NCBI RefSeq assembly: GCF_009914755.1
Contig: NC_060930.1
DNA: 64,000 nucleotides
DNA from: the human T2T-CHM13v2.0 reference genome, Homo sapiens
Reading direction: 5' to 3' (one strand)
Of the stretch, positions 1 through 14,077 are shown piece after piece. Position 1 is the stretch's first letter. The number at the start of each line of letters is the position of its first letter. A program made the translations under genes and the position numbers. The notes beneath the pieces are model-generated. The model was not told the origin of the DNA and made no database searches. It worked only from the letters and a program-made list of their open reading frames with translations.

Positions 1-502
1 CCAAATCTCTGAGAATGGTCCATTTCCCTCCATCCCACCCCGTCCTCCTTCCCCTCTGAGGACTGAGTTTTGGGGCCTGAGACCAGAGCAGGAAAGTTAT
101 ATAATCAGAATCAGGAGGCTTCATCGGCCTCTCCCCTTGGCTGATGTACACGAGGTTCCATCACAGTCACTTCCAGGTCACCAGGAGCCTTGCTGGGCTC
201 CTGTAAATGCCATTCCAGACCTGAACCTCTCCTCAAAATATTAGGTAAAAAGAATATTTTCAAAACTGACTGAAACATTCACTGTGCTCTAGAACTTTAT
301 GGAACTCATCTAAGTAAAATTCCCCTGGGAGACCCAGGATCCAGGCCAGAAACAGGAAGTTGTCAGGGGAACATGAGGACACTGAGTACCCTGGAGGAAT
401 CAGGGGAAAAAAAGGTCCTGTCACTGTAAAGGAAGAAGATACACAGATAAGGAGTCCAGGGAGGTCTCTGAAGACAAGAGTCAGCCATTTCTCATCTGAA
501 AC

Positions 503-975
503 TGTAACCCACACGATGGGCAGGTTGGATGGCCTGGTGGGTGGCAGTCCAATGACCACAGACAAGGAGGATTTAACAAGATGATTTTATTACTTGCCAA
601 GTGAGGAGGACACCAGGCATAGCTCCCAGGGCAGTGCTTCCCCAAATAAAGGTGAAACAGGGCTTTTATTGGGTTAGTTAGCTGAGTCATTCCATGTAGA
701 GGTGGAGTAAAGGCAGTGCAGGCGCAGCTGCCAATCATGTGTCACATGTGTAGAAAATGGCAAATAAGCTCCTCCCTGGGTGGGTTTTTAGTATGGTAAT
801 GAGGGGAGTTTGCCAAAGTTCATCTCCAGCTCAGGCATCTCTGGATCCAACCAGTTTTTGTTTTTCTGGGCCTGAGCTTCTTCCTGGTAGTTTTTGAGAC
901 AAGCACTCAAGGTACAACAATTGCAAATGGGTACTTTCTCATCGTGTACCTGAAAACCCAGGGACAATGGGTTTT
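503..975 (-). mobile_element. Solo ERVL-class LTR, MER54-like
   Basis: Reverse complement reads CCCATTGTCCCTGGGTTTTCAGG...AAGTACCC...AATAAAA...GGGTTACA, as in the recalled MER54 consensus; LTR-sized, CA terminus. Confidence 0.6.
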
Positions 976-1836
976 GCTTTTTGGGTGGGGGGGAGGAGAG
1001 AATTTGAAAGAACTTGAGATACCAGTATCTAGAGACAGTGCAGGTGCAGGTGGGAGCAACTGGAATCTGACAGATCCTGCACAGACAATCCTTAGTAAAT
1101 AAATTCCAAAAGTATCTTGATGAAAATTTTATCCCAGATAAGAAGAAATCTACTCTTTGTGTAAGATGGGGGTTAAGTTCTTGTACCCTGACTTAAGTTC
1201 AGCTTGGGGCTTGTTATGGTTACAAATGTCCCTATTTAACCTTGCAGTTAATACCGGAGAGTAGACGCTAGGATGAGATGTGAGGGTTATTCATTACTCC
1301 CACTGCTTCACTGATTAATACCTATTTCAACTCTTTTTAAAGAGGAAAAAGTATGGAAACTTGCCCAGGACAGTGTTTAATTTCCCAGGCGGCAGAGAAG
1401 GAAACACTGATTTATTTACAGAGAACAGCAGTTGCTTACATGCATTTGGAGCATGATAAATGGCAATTTTATAAACATAATTATGCATGCAAGAAGTATC
1501 TTACCATGTTATCAGGCTTTAAGACCTAAATTGCATGCATAAATGACATTTTAAAACCCATGGATTTTTCTTCTCATTACTAATATGGACTTTAATTCTG
1601 GGAGTCATAAGCCCTGGTTTACTTTCTCGGGTATGGCAGACATCTTTTGTTTGACATGGGATACAAACCAGAATATATTTTGTACAATTTTGAAGTACAG
1701 TTTTCCAGGAGTTAAGTTTCCTTTTAAATGTCAGTCACTTTAATCCTGCAATGTTATTAAAAGTCTCAAGTTTTCAGGATGCCTATGCATGATGTGGTCT
1801 GCACTTGCACACATGTACATGTGTATGGTGTGTTAT

Positions 1837-1841
<5 letters not shown>

Positions 1842-1884
<43 letters not shown>
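1842..1884. repeat. (TG)~21 microsatellite
   Basis: Direct reading. Confidence 0.98.
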
Positions 1885-1887
<3 letters not shown>

Positions 1888-1929
1888 ATCCCTGACTCAT
1901 GGTTAGAAGAAACCCTAAACAGCACTTTC

Positions 1930-2318
1930 GGCAGAAGTTTTCAACTCTGACTATTTAGTAGAATCACCTGGGGAGCTGTGACGTGTCCTGACACTCAAAC
2001 TAGTGAAATCTAAATAAGTTCTGTGGTCTTCTATTTAACACAATTATTCCCATGTCAGTTTCTTGACTCTGATGCTGGACTGGAGTTATGAGAGATGTTA
2101 CCACTGGAGAAAGCTGAATGGAGGGTACAAGGAACCTCTCTGTATTGCCTTTGCAACTTCCTGAGTCTGTAATTATTTCAAAATGAGAAGTTAAAAAAAT
2201 ATTGATGCACAGATCATACTCTGGACCAATTAAGTCAGAATCTCTAGAAGTAGGATGCCAGAATCAGTCTCTTTTAAAGCTCCCAGGTGATAGCAAAGTG
2301 GGGCCAATGTAGTCACTG
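1930..2318. mobile_element. MER5-family hAT MITE interrupted by an old L1M 3' end (~1985-2198)
   Basis: AGAATCACCTGGGGAGC...CCAATTAAGTCAGAATCTCT...AAAGCTCCCAGGTGA; insert has GGAGGGTACAAGGAACCTCTCTGTATTG...TAATTATTTCAAAA plus A tail. Confidence 0.65.
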
Positions 2319-2519
2319 ATCTTGCCACCCAATGTTTAAGTGCTTTAAAATCTCACAACGTTGTCCAACTAGCACCCAATGTTTAAATGTTTTACAATCT
2401 TCTCACAGATGGCTTGCCATGTTAATGGCAATAAAGCACATTTCAATTATTGAACAAAATATTTATTATGAGCTTTCTAATCTTCTAGAAAACCTGCAGA
2501 GACTTCTCAGGAAAAAGAT

Positions 2520-2525
<6 letters not shown>

Positions 2526-2558
<33 letters not shown>
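2526..2558. repeat. (TG)n microsatellite
   Basis: Direct reading. Confidence 0.97.
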
Positions 2559-2560
<2 letters not shown>

Positions 2561-4254
2561 GGCAGAATGCCACATTAAATTTGTAAATAATTCCTAGGTT
2601 GTATTGGAATGGACATTAGCTAACCCTAAGAATTTCCTAGCAATTGTTCATAGTAGTGGAAATACAACAAGCTATGGCATAAAGCCTTCATCAATCACTC
2701 AACCTGTTCATACTTGTGACTGGTAGAACTGGCATGGTAATATAATTACTGTCTTTTTAATACCCCCCAAATATGTATACTAATCATTATGAATGAATTT
2801 TTAAAGTAAACTTCTTATAATGAAAAGGGCTAGAAAACTAGCTATTTTGGATCACAGGCCACTTTGTGAACATGATGGAAACTATGGAGTCTCTTCCCCC
2901 ATAGGAAGATGCAGAAACAAGTGGCTCATGGATCACTAGTAAGTTCTAGAAGCCCCTTAATAGGGGCTCCAGTGTTTATCAGAAGCCACTCTGAACAGGA
3001 GGCTGGGAATGAGGCTCCAGCTCGACTGGTCAAGGAAGCCTGCCACCTGGGCTAGTGTCTTCCAGTGCCAGCCCTTGACATCTTCTTCTATAAGTTAAGA
3101 TGTTTGTGATAATGTCTATGTCCGTTCTCCCTCTAGGAGGTCATGTTTAAACCCAGACCCACTCAGCTCAGACCCTACAGCTTAAAATGCTTTGAAAAAC
3201 ACTGATGCTCCAACTAGGCAATATATCACCCAAATCTCAGTGTCACAAAGTGGCCAGTCTTTAATGGAACTTTGGGAAATCTTCAGTTTTGTTATTTCCA
3301 TTGTTTGCTGGGTTACCTAAGAAACTAGCCAGTTTCAAGAGTGCCAAAGAAGGCAGAGAATGAAATGGTGTAGAACAAAAACTTGTGACTCAGATAAAGT
3401 TTGGTCTTATCTCCTGAGGTAGATCCACCCTAAGAAAGTCCTCTGGTTAAACTGCTTGAAAATCGAAGTGAGGAAATAATGGGGATATTTCCAGGCCTGG
3501 CCTGAGTGGCTAAGGAACCTCATGCTGCTCCACTTGGGCTGGCTGATGCCTTCTCTACTAACCCAGCTGGCTGGAGCACCCCATCCTGCTGCCTCCGAAG
3601 GGCTTGCTCAGCAAGGGGGAGGATACAGAGTGACTTTAGAGCATCTGTTTGTAAAGACACAGACACAGACACAGACATGAGCCCTCCTAAGGACAAGAAA
3701 AGACTCATGTGGTGAACTTACTTTACAAGGTGCTTATGGAAACAGGGCCAGTAAATTGGAGACCAACTGAAGAAGTGGAACGCCTGGAAAAGAGGGAACA
3801 GTCTATAGGCTCCTATTCACAAACCTGCCCGGATCAGTAAGCTGAACTGACACATATCAAAGGCCAGGGCTTGATTCGAATTCCTTCTCTGATATTCATG
3901 GACAAGTCTGGGGTCAGTGATGGGCCTCTCTTGATACCTGCTCTTTGTGGGGAGCTCTGTGCCCTCCCTCAAGCCCAGTGAAAACTTAGAAAGTGATGTT
4001 TAAACCCTCTGAGCTACCCTCTGAGATTTGGACTTATTGGTCTGGAGGGAAACCTGGAGGGTGGCATTTTTTTTTCCTACGTGTCCTCAAATGATTCTAA
4101 TGTGCATCCAAGGCTGAGAACCTCTTTTTCAGCCAATTAGAAACCTCCTGGGGGAAATCACTCCTTTCAGATATGGATGCAACTGGTGTGGTCAGGGCAG
4201 AGGCTTGGATGGATGTGAACGTGCACAGGTTCGTGCCTCAGGTGGGCTGGAAAA

Positions 4255-5345
4255 GCCCTGTAAGGGAGGTGCTGTGATGCCCAATTTCATTGATGAGAAA
4301 TGGGAGGCTCAGAGAACGAAGGAAACTTGCCAAAGGTCAAAGAATGAGGAAGTGGGAGAAATGAGAGTCTAACTCAGGGCCTGTATGCAATGAACACTTA
4401 CGGAGGAACACAGATATTGCTTCTTCAGATCAGTCAACTGCCCTGTCAGATGAACATTATATTATACCCATTCTACCAAATAAGAAAAGCGAAGTTCCAA
4501 GGGGGCTAAAGGACCTATCAAGTTCAACAGCTAGATCATTAAGTAGAGAGAATATTCTGGTCTTCCCAATATTTACTTTCTGAAGCCAGTCTTTACCCAT
4601 TCAGTTCTTGTAATTCTGTTGGGGTAAATTTGACCCTCTCCAGCTGTGCAGACTGCCATTGCCAGGTATTTGGGTATCTCAGGATTAAGGAATTTTTAGT
4701 GGAGCAGGCTGCCATATCAGGCTGCCTCTGCCAAGACATAAGGGCCCAGCTGGCCACAGGCTGAAGATGGGGTAGAAAAATTTGTCCCTCAGTTCTGTGC
4801 AAACCAGAATGGTTGGCCATCCTAGCTGAAGATAAACTTCAGGGCAACTAAATGAAATTCAGATGGCTAAATATGGAGTTTCTCACTAAAACAGACAGTA
4901 ATCAGACCCGATAGAAGTGTCCATTTCTGCTTATGCCATTAAAATTCAAATGGAAATTTGGAGATGATTCAAAAAAAGAGTCACTAAGATCATTCATGAA
5001 ATGAAAATCAGGTCTTAGATATGGGTAACTTATTAGTAACAGTTAATAATTTTAATGTATGTTTCTTGTTTTGTTTTTAATGAAGAGTCTACTGGTCAGT
5101 TGTTTTCCTTATGTTTGGAGAAGATGATAAAAGGAAATGTGCAATGGTAATAAGACATCAAACATTTATATATTGCTTATTGCATGTCAGGCACTGAGTG
5201 CTTTAAAACCCATATATACTCTCCATTATTCTCAATAACTTTATGATGGAGGTCCTAGTGTTCCTGTTTTAGAGATAGAGGAGCAGAAGCTCAGCAGGGT
5301 TGACACAGTCAAGGTCACACAGCTAGTACATGTTGAAGCTGGGAT
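4255..5345 (-). mobile_element. Several decayed MIR fragments (~4255-4380, ~4455-4570, ~5155-5345)
   Basis: MIR core motifs such as GATGAGAAATGGGAGGCTCAGAGA and CAAGGTCACACAGCTAGT. Confidence 0.6.
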
Positions 5346-6239
5346 GCTTTTAGTTGTTCATAAGAACTTATTAACTAGGGTACTAACACTCTAGCAGGAG
5401 TTGGCAAGGAGAATTGAAAATTGCTTGGGAAATGCAGACAATATAAAGAAGCAGCTAGGGCAAGGAAACATTAATTTAAAGTACTTTCGCTTTCACCTTG
5501 TCCAGGGCAGGAAGAAATTTAGGTGAAGTCTCTTCCAGCTTCCAGACGAGGTATTATCTTTCCTTTCCCTCACCAGAGGATACACTGGCTTAATGTGAAT
5601 TGGAAAAATCTATCCGGTCACCTCAGAACTAATTTTTGTATAAAATCTTTAGTTTATTTTTGCAACATGCAAATTAGAGGTACAGACGGAAAATTCAATA
5701 ACGTTATAATCCCGGTGACGCCCTAGGTCTAGAATGACATTTATCTAAGCAAAAGCACTTCTGTGGTCCTAGGAAAGATGGTTGTGGCATTTTAAAGCAG
5801 AATTAGACCCTGCTGCAGAAATCCTTTCTCCTACTTTTGTAAATCCCATGGAGTAAAACAGAATTTATCAAATCAATGAAAAATACACTCCAGTAATGAT
5901 CATGCTGGAGGCCTCCTGCTCACTATCATGAGCACACTTCCCCAGGGCTTCCCTGGGACAGCTTGCTCAGAGCAGGGACAGTGGCAGGGGAGGGGAAGAC
6001 ACCAGGCCCCCAGATATCTCCAAAGGTGGTGGAAGGGCCTGAGAGTCTCCCATCCCTACTCTTATTTAAAATGTCCTCAGTTAAAATATGAATGCCCAGG
6101 AGGAGGGGGAACATCAGCAGGAACTAAGCCCTGATCATGGGCTTTTGGGGAAGAATTTTCCATGTTTCTTCATCTATAAAGTGAGAGCGCTACACTTGAT
6201 GAGTGACTCTCAACCTCCCCATGTATCAGGGAAGAGGAC

Positions 6240-6800
6240 TTTTGACAACTTACAGATGCTCAGGCCCCATGAGATTTAGTTTCAATTGGTCTGAGATAGG
6301 AGAGGTAGGTATTGTTAGAGTTTGCAGGTGATTTAAATATGCTGCTAGGGCTGGTCTTGATCAGTGGTCCTCAGCTCTGGCTGTACTTTAGAATCACCTG
6401 GGAGATAAGAAAAATCCCAATGCCCAGGCTACACCCTGGGCCAATTAAATTCTAACATCCAGGGTTGGGACCTAAGCATTGGTGTCGTTTAAAGCTGCCA
6501 GGTGATTCCAATATGCAGCCAGGGTGGAGAACCACTAAACTAGGTGACGTCTGGGGGACTATTACAGCTAGAAAATCCTGCTGTGTTTAGAGTCCCACAG
6601 TTTATTCCATTCTATAGTTAGTTCTCATGTAGTTAGTTCCCAAACTTGAGCACATCAGAATTAAAACACAAACTTCTGGGCCTCACCTGTGGAGGTTCTG
6701 AATCATCGGATCTAGTGTAAGGCATAAGAATTTGCATTTCTAACAAGTTCCCAGCTGGTGCTGTTGCTGGTCCTGAAATCACATTTTGAAAACCACTGCT
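6240..6800. mobile_element. Cluster of three MER5A/MER5B hAT MITEs (~6240-6350, 6362-6536, 6630-6798)
   Basis: CAGTGGTCCTCAG...AGAATCACCTGGG...GAGAACCACT; GAATTTGCATTTCTAACAAGTTCCCAG...TTTGAAAACCACTG. Confidence 0.75.
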
Positions 6801-7668
6801 CTAAGGCGTAACAGGTGCCCAACCTTGACACTGGAAAGTACAGAGCTCAGAACAAGTGACTTTTGTTGGAAAAGAAAAATCACATGGAGAAAAATAGTAG
6901 CACAGGGCTGTAATTATCAGCCCCACAGCTTTTCGACAGTTCCGGTGTGATACAGAGACAGGGACTGGGCTCTAAAACGCAAAGAAGATGGCCTGAGAAG
7001 TGAGAAGACAGCAAAGATGTACTTCATCTATGTCAACATTCGGCCTAGAGTCTAAAGATATTTGTCAGTCAAATTGTAGGAAAGCAGAAATATTGGAGCA
7101 CATGCTAATTCCAACACTAATTTCATTCTAATTCTATCAGAATCCTCCAGTGTAGTTAATCAAAATCTTTCAACTGTTTATATTTTATGAATTTGGTTAT
7201 GTATCATTTTTCTGGGCCTATATATTTAGATACATTCAAGACATGTCTGAATATATAAAACAGTGCATAATCATGCTCTGAATGATTTGGGATGCTGAAA
7301 AGACAACCATTAAGAACGAGGAAGAAGCATATAGTAGGGACTGAATGAGTAAACGAATATTAACATGTATTAAGCATCAGCTATCAATGAATATATCCTG
7401 TTTGTGTGATCATATCTCGTTTAATTTTCACCAAAAAAAAAGTTTGATAAGTCACAATATACAGATGCTAGAACCAAAGTTCAGAGATCACAAATCTTTT
7501 GTTTCCAGACCTAAAGGAACAAGACCCAAGATTTGAATCTAGGTGTGTCTAACTTCAAAGCCCAGGTGCTTTCCACCACCATATCTCTTGTCCTTCACTT
7601 GACACAAATCCTGTCTTTTTGTTCTAACTACTAATAGGCTCTGAAAAATTCCTAGCCTTCCTAAACCT

Positions 7669-7822
7669 AGTGTTTCTCAAACTTTAATGTGATGAGATCC
7701 CCCAGGGGATCTTGTTAAAATGAAAATTCTAGGGTGGGGCATATGATTCTGCATTTCAAACCAACTATGCAGTTGCTGCTGGTTATGCAGATGCTGCTGG
7801 TCCATGAACCACGTTCTATACC
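7669..7822. mobile_element. MER5A1-like MITE
   Basis: AGTGTTTCTCAAACTTTAATGTG...GGGGATCTTGTTAAAATG...GATGCTGCTGGTCCATGAACCAC. Confidence 0.7.
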
Positions 7823-7862
7823 AAGGTCTTAAGAGACCTGGGTTTAAAGAGAGCTTGATGTA

Positions 7863-8222
<360 letters not shown>

Positions 8223-11200
8223 CTATTTTGAAGAAATCATCACTGTTTTAAGAAACTGAGGATAAAAGACAGCAGAGGCTGGACTTATAAGGTACAAAAA
8301 CAAGTGGATACGTTCTGCTTTTAAGTGGTCAATCAACAATTTGTTTGGTACCAAATAGCCAAATGAACACAAATCTGTATTGGTTCTATCTAATGAGCTT
8401 TCATTTGCTATAGTGGGAAGTAATCTAGAAATGTGACTTACTTGTTGATAATGGAGAGAAGGGTGAACTCTTAAATGCAGTTCTAATGTATGTTTTTAAA
8501 ATGATCATGAATTTTGTACAATGGAGGTTGAATAGTGAAGGTATAATAACAGGCCTTCTCCCTACCCCCATGTATGTGTAAAACTTGAGTATTCAGAAAA
8601 ACCATTCAATTAATCACAGCAATAGTGTTTTATGTCTAAACATCTGGATGCTCCTTAAATCACAAAGTGGTGAAGGCTAGATCTTGTTTCAAACAAATTT
8701 CTGAACACCTCTGTGCTTCCAGAATTTCCATATGGATTGCAGCCTTGACATGGAAAAGTGAAAATCAATTTGGATGCACAGCAGGCCCAGAGCATAAGAA
8801 GTGACATGGAGAACTGTATCCTGGGGGAAGGGTGAGAGAAAGGAGAGTCTGCATGTAATGAGACCAGAAATCAAAGGGGGAATGAATGAGCTGAAACCTC
8901 TGTGCACAAGAAGCCCAGCAGAGTAGCTAAAGATGGAGGAATCTGTAGTCACCTTTGACTCCCAGGCCACACTGGGCTTCCATAATGCCACAACTCCAGG
9001 GGAAAGGTAAAACATTCACCCCTCCAACTGCTTTTTGTTTTCAGAAAGAAAAAAAGAACTAGTTTGACTATTGTTATTATCTAAAACAACAGATTGGACA
9101 ACCTATTTAAAAGTATGTTGATGCTGCATTGGGCTCTTGACTTAACCAAGGGAACCTGAAAATACGTCTAGATTGCAGTGAAACAAAATGGCATATCTTC
9201 TTAATGAAAATGACTTCGTTTAAAGTTTGTTAAATAAACACTTTTTATAGCATACTTTATTTAAGAACTAGGTGCCAATTTTTCATGGGGTGAAGTGATA
9301 CCTAGATTTATTGATATTGGATTAGTTTGAATTTTCTTGACCTCTTACCTTGATGGTAGGAGAGGTTGTTTGCTATTATGGAGTCACTGCTCCTAAAGGT
9401 TTTATTTTAGAGATTAAAAAGATTTGAGATATTGTTGATACCTAAAGAGGAGTTTGCAGTTAATCCCATGGTCATTTATCTTTAGCTGGATAAAATCCTG
9501 AGAATTTATATATTTTTATCTGAACTTTTCAAACATCTATCATCATGGTTTGGAGAATTTCAGCAGAGAAAGTTTTAAGAGACAGAGAAAAACATCAATA
9601 AGCAAGGAATTTGAAACTTAAATCTTTATTCAAGTCTTGGAATTTGAAATTCAAAGTTTCATTTCACAAACTGACTTTGATAAATTCATATAAACTAGTG
9701 TGTTTAGAAGGATTCTGAGGTCTAGAATAAAACAAGATCATGATTGGGAAGACCCAACTTAGGGTAGTCACGATATACATGCTATAGATGTGTCACCCCA
9801 CTTCTGGAACCTAAGTGACTAATGACTTTATATTTAAGTAGGGAAAAAAATATCGTCTTTTTCTTTTTCCCACTCAAGGGGAGTGAATTCAAACAGTTTG
9901 GATGTCGTTTAAGAGAAATGAATGAATCAGCTAGAATTTTCTGTAAATTGTAGATGCTGTAAGATTATAAGGTAATATGAGGTATTGGAGGTATAATATA
10001 AGGATATAACATATTATATATTGGTATATATAATATAAGGTATTATAAGGTAATCTACACATTCCCTATAAGAAAATGTTAGTCAATGGGATGACAAACC
10101 AAACAAATCCTCAAGGGGTGGCAACCTTATATCTTCACAAACTCATTATACAGAAAGTTGATCATTTCTTTTATTAGAGCCTGCATTACACTACAAAACT
10201 GATTCTGTCATGGTTCTGTATTCCCATTTTATAGTTTTTCCTTCTTTAACTGTAACTTGGTTTCCAGAGGGAAAGTCCAAATAACCTAAGGAAAGTCAGG
10301 ATGATGACACATGGACCCAGCCGATATTTTCTTAATGATCACAGAGAGAAGACAAGTTACTTTGCAGCAATTCCTTCATATGCATTTTCATTGTTGATGG
10401 AAAAATACATATTTTCAAATGTATCCAGGCATCCTAGGCTCCTGCATACCCATGGAAAACCCAGTGAAACCTGCTTTAGCTCATTCCTCTTATCAGGGGA
10501 TGAAGCATTAATGATATGCAGATTTTGAACTACCGTTTATTATACCTGGTACCTGTATTGTGCAGAAATTATTAAAATTAACTTTTTAAATTGGACTTTT
10601 TAACAGGAAGTTGGACTCCTACTTAGTGGCATGCACTAAGAATTATGCCTTTTGAAATAAGAATTATGCCTTTTGAAATAATAGAATAATTAAATCTTCA
10701 GAAAAAGAAATCCAGAAGCATAAAGTGGGAATAAGTAGGAAACTCAAACTGCTGTGCAAGCCATCACCTTTTCTGGTGCAGAAATGAATAATTCATCATT
10801 TAATTTCAAAGAGTATTGAAGAACACTACATGTCTGATTGGGCTGTTTCATTTGGCTTTCTTGTCTTGTGTGTATCATGATTACATTTCTAGGTTTCTCA
10901 TATGTGCATAGTATAATTTAGCTGAGCACCAAGCTGGAGGACAATGTATGATACTTGAGCCACCTGGTATCTTTGGGGACTTTGGAAAGAGACATCATTT
11001 CTAATCTTCAAATTTTCAATTAAATAAATTTCACTTTAAAAATGTATTTTTTTTCTTACAAAAAAAGAGAAAAGCTAAACCAGGCTCACAGCAAGAAACT
11101 AGGGTAGTAAATAACAGTAAGTAGGAAAGAAAAAATTCTAAAGACATGAATAGGAATTTAGCTGAAAAGATGAGCATGACTTATAATTTATTATTTATAA

Positions 11201-12459
11201 CCTGTTCTTAATTATGAAAGCATCTAGGAGCTCAGCCCTGAAACAAAAGAAATGAAATGAATTACTTAGCACAGCAGAAAAATTACTGTATTTAATTTTG
11301 GCATTCGTTTCTTATCGTTGGGGATTACCTCTATCATTTAGTTTATAGAGGTATAACTATAAAGTATGACTGAAAGGTGATAATTTTTAAAAAGTAAAAT
11401 AATGATTCTCATGCAAATAAAAAAAAATGCTAGGCTTTATTCAACTCATTAATTAATAAGGCAACCAGTAAGATGTTAAAGCCAGGTTAAAGGAGAATCC
11501 AAAGAGCATACATATATATAAGCCATTAGGAATACTGAAATAAATTTGGTTAATGCATGCAAAACTTGCTTCTTCCATAGTAGGGTAGGAATACAAATTG
11601 AATTTGCACCAGAAAAAAATTCACTGAATCTTAAATCGCTCAAAGACGATGAAAAACCTAGAGACCCTATCTGTTTCTACAGATGACCTGAAAGGGTGTG
11701 TTCCACAACCCCAGTGTTCACTAAGACACCCAATCATCATTTTGGCTCATTTCAAAGTGCTTCCCAATTCTTCCGTGCAATATATAGAGTTGTCCCATAA
11801 ATCTCTTTATGTTGGCTAACCTTTAGAGAGAACTAAATAAAGGGGTGGGGAACAAAGGTATGACATGGGAAAGCAGATCACATTTTCAATTTACATTCAA
11901 AATGTAAATTTCCTCCTTGGTTTTATTGTGATGGTAGATAAAAACCCAGACTTGGCTTGGCCCTTTCAATATCACTTCCAAAAGTACACTGATCAGAAAA
12001 GGGAAAAGGCTTGGAAAGGCAAGCTGATTATTAAAATTATTAGGCAGGGTTATCAGTAAGTTGCATAATCTGACATATCTCCAAGTTCTCCAATACTACC
12101 TAGCCTGTGGGTAACTGAGTAACCCACACTCCACAGACTCTTGTTTCCATGTGCTTACGCGGAGACTGAGCTGCCTGCTTAGCCTCACACAGCTTGGCCT
12201 GAGACCCTAGGGGTCGTCTCACAAATTCATCATTTAGTCTTTGCAACATCATGCATGCTATGTGCTTTCTCTTTTCCTCTCATCCACCTGGAGGATGCTG
12301 ACTGTTGGTGCCCACCCTGAAAGTTCTGGTACCCCAGCAAAGGGTGCTATCACCAACTGCTCCCCAAACTGCTAACCTTCAGAGGAAAGGAAGGCCCCAC
12401 ATTCCCTGGAGTCCTTGGCATGCCAAGGTTCCTGGAAGAAATGCCCTTGTCTCCTAACA

Positions 12460-12710
12460 TTCTCCCTCTCGCTCACTTTGCACCAGCCACACTGGCTTCT
12501 TTGCTGTCCTTTGAACCAGCCAGGTACTCACCAGCCTGTTCCCTCTACCTGGAATGCTCTTTCTCCAAGTACCAACATAAATGGCTCCCTTTATCTCAAG
12601 TCTTTACTCAACTATCACCTTCATGAAGACTTCCCTGGCTACCCTTCCTAAAACTGCAGCCCTAATCGCACTTTGATACTTCCTATCCCTCTGCCCAGCT
12701 TATTTTTCCC
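12460..12710 (+). mobile_element. L2 3' fragment
   Basis: CCAGCCACACTGGCTTCTTTGCTGTCC...CCCTCTACCTGGAATGCTCT. Confidence 0.7.
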
Positions 12711-13207
<497 letters not shown>

Positions 13208-13479
13208 ATAAGGTATATGACAAAATATTGCTATCCTTCAACAGGAAATTGTCAATTTCTTCTAATGATCTATTTCCTTATCTAAGCATTTAAGATCTCA
13301 TTTTATAGTCTCAAATTTTATACTTAAAGCTCAACATATTTGATAATTCCTCATTTCCCCTCTTTTATTGTAAATCATCAGGTATCTTGCTCTTAGCTAG
13401 TTATTTGATGAGCAAACAATTAATTGACTATAGTTTAGGAATTCCATAGGACAGGCTATATATAACGCATCTTAAATAA

Positions 13480-13735
13480 TAATGGCTAACATTATTGGTG
13501 ACTTTCTTTGTGTTGGGCATTATGCTAGCTAGGTGCTCTACTTGCATTATTTGGCTTAATCTTCAGAACAACTGACCCAGGTAGGTACTATTACTGTCCC
13601 CAGTTTATGGATGAGGAAATGAGGTGCAGGGAGGCTTAAGTAAGTTGCTCAAGATTATACAGCTAGAATGTGTGAGGCCAGGATTTGAATTCAAGTTGCT
13701 TGATTCAAGGTCTGGGATTGTAACTACTATTTCCT
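13480..13735 (-). mobile_element. MIR, near full length
   Basis: AATAATGGCTAACATT...GATGAGGAAATGAGG...TAAGTTGCTCAAG...GCCAGGATTTGAA. Confidence 0.8.
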
Positions 13736-14077
13736 ACAGCCAAAGCAATCACCCAGAACCAATACAGCGTGGTTACTTCTCAATTTGTACCTTTGACTAC
13801 TACCCTAAGAAGCCCACTTTCCTTTCTTGCTTTCTTCCTCTTTCATTCCCAACTCGAAATAAATCCCACTTTCATGTACTCTGAACTTGGTGAAGTGCAA
13901 GACCTTTTCAAATGTCTCCCCAGGCAAAAATTCTAAACTCAGGTTGCCTGAAGTATCCAGGCATCTTCCTGACACTGTAAGAAGAGGCCATTTCTCTGAG
14001 GCCCCTCCAGGCAAAAATTCCAAAGATCACTGGCCATACTCTAACTCTCACTTTTCCATTCAGTTCCTTATTTCCAG

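Noticed and set aside
11326-11353. 9-bp hairpin TACCTCTAT/ATAGAGGTA
   Set aside because: Short enough to expect by chance in AT-rich DNA; may lie in an unidentified old repeat.
13920-14020. CCAGGCAAAAATTC twice, 87 bp apart (PGKNSK repeat in the 118-aa ORF)
   Set aside because: Only a 14-bp match; the ORF has a TTG start and runs into the MER31 LTR; not evidence of a repeat protein.
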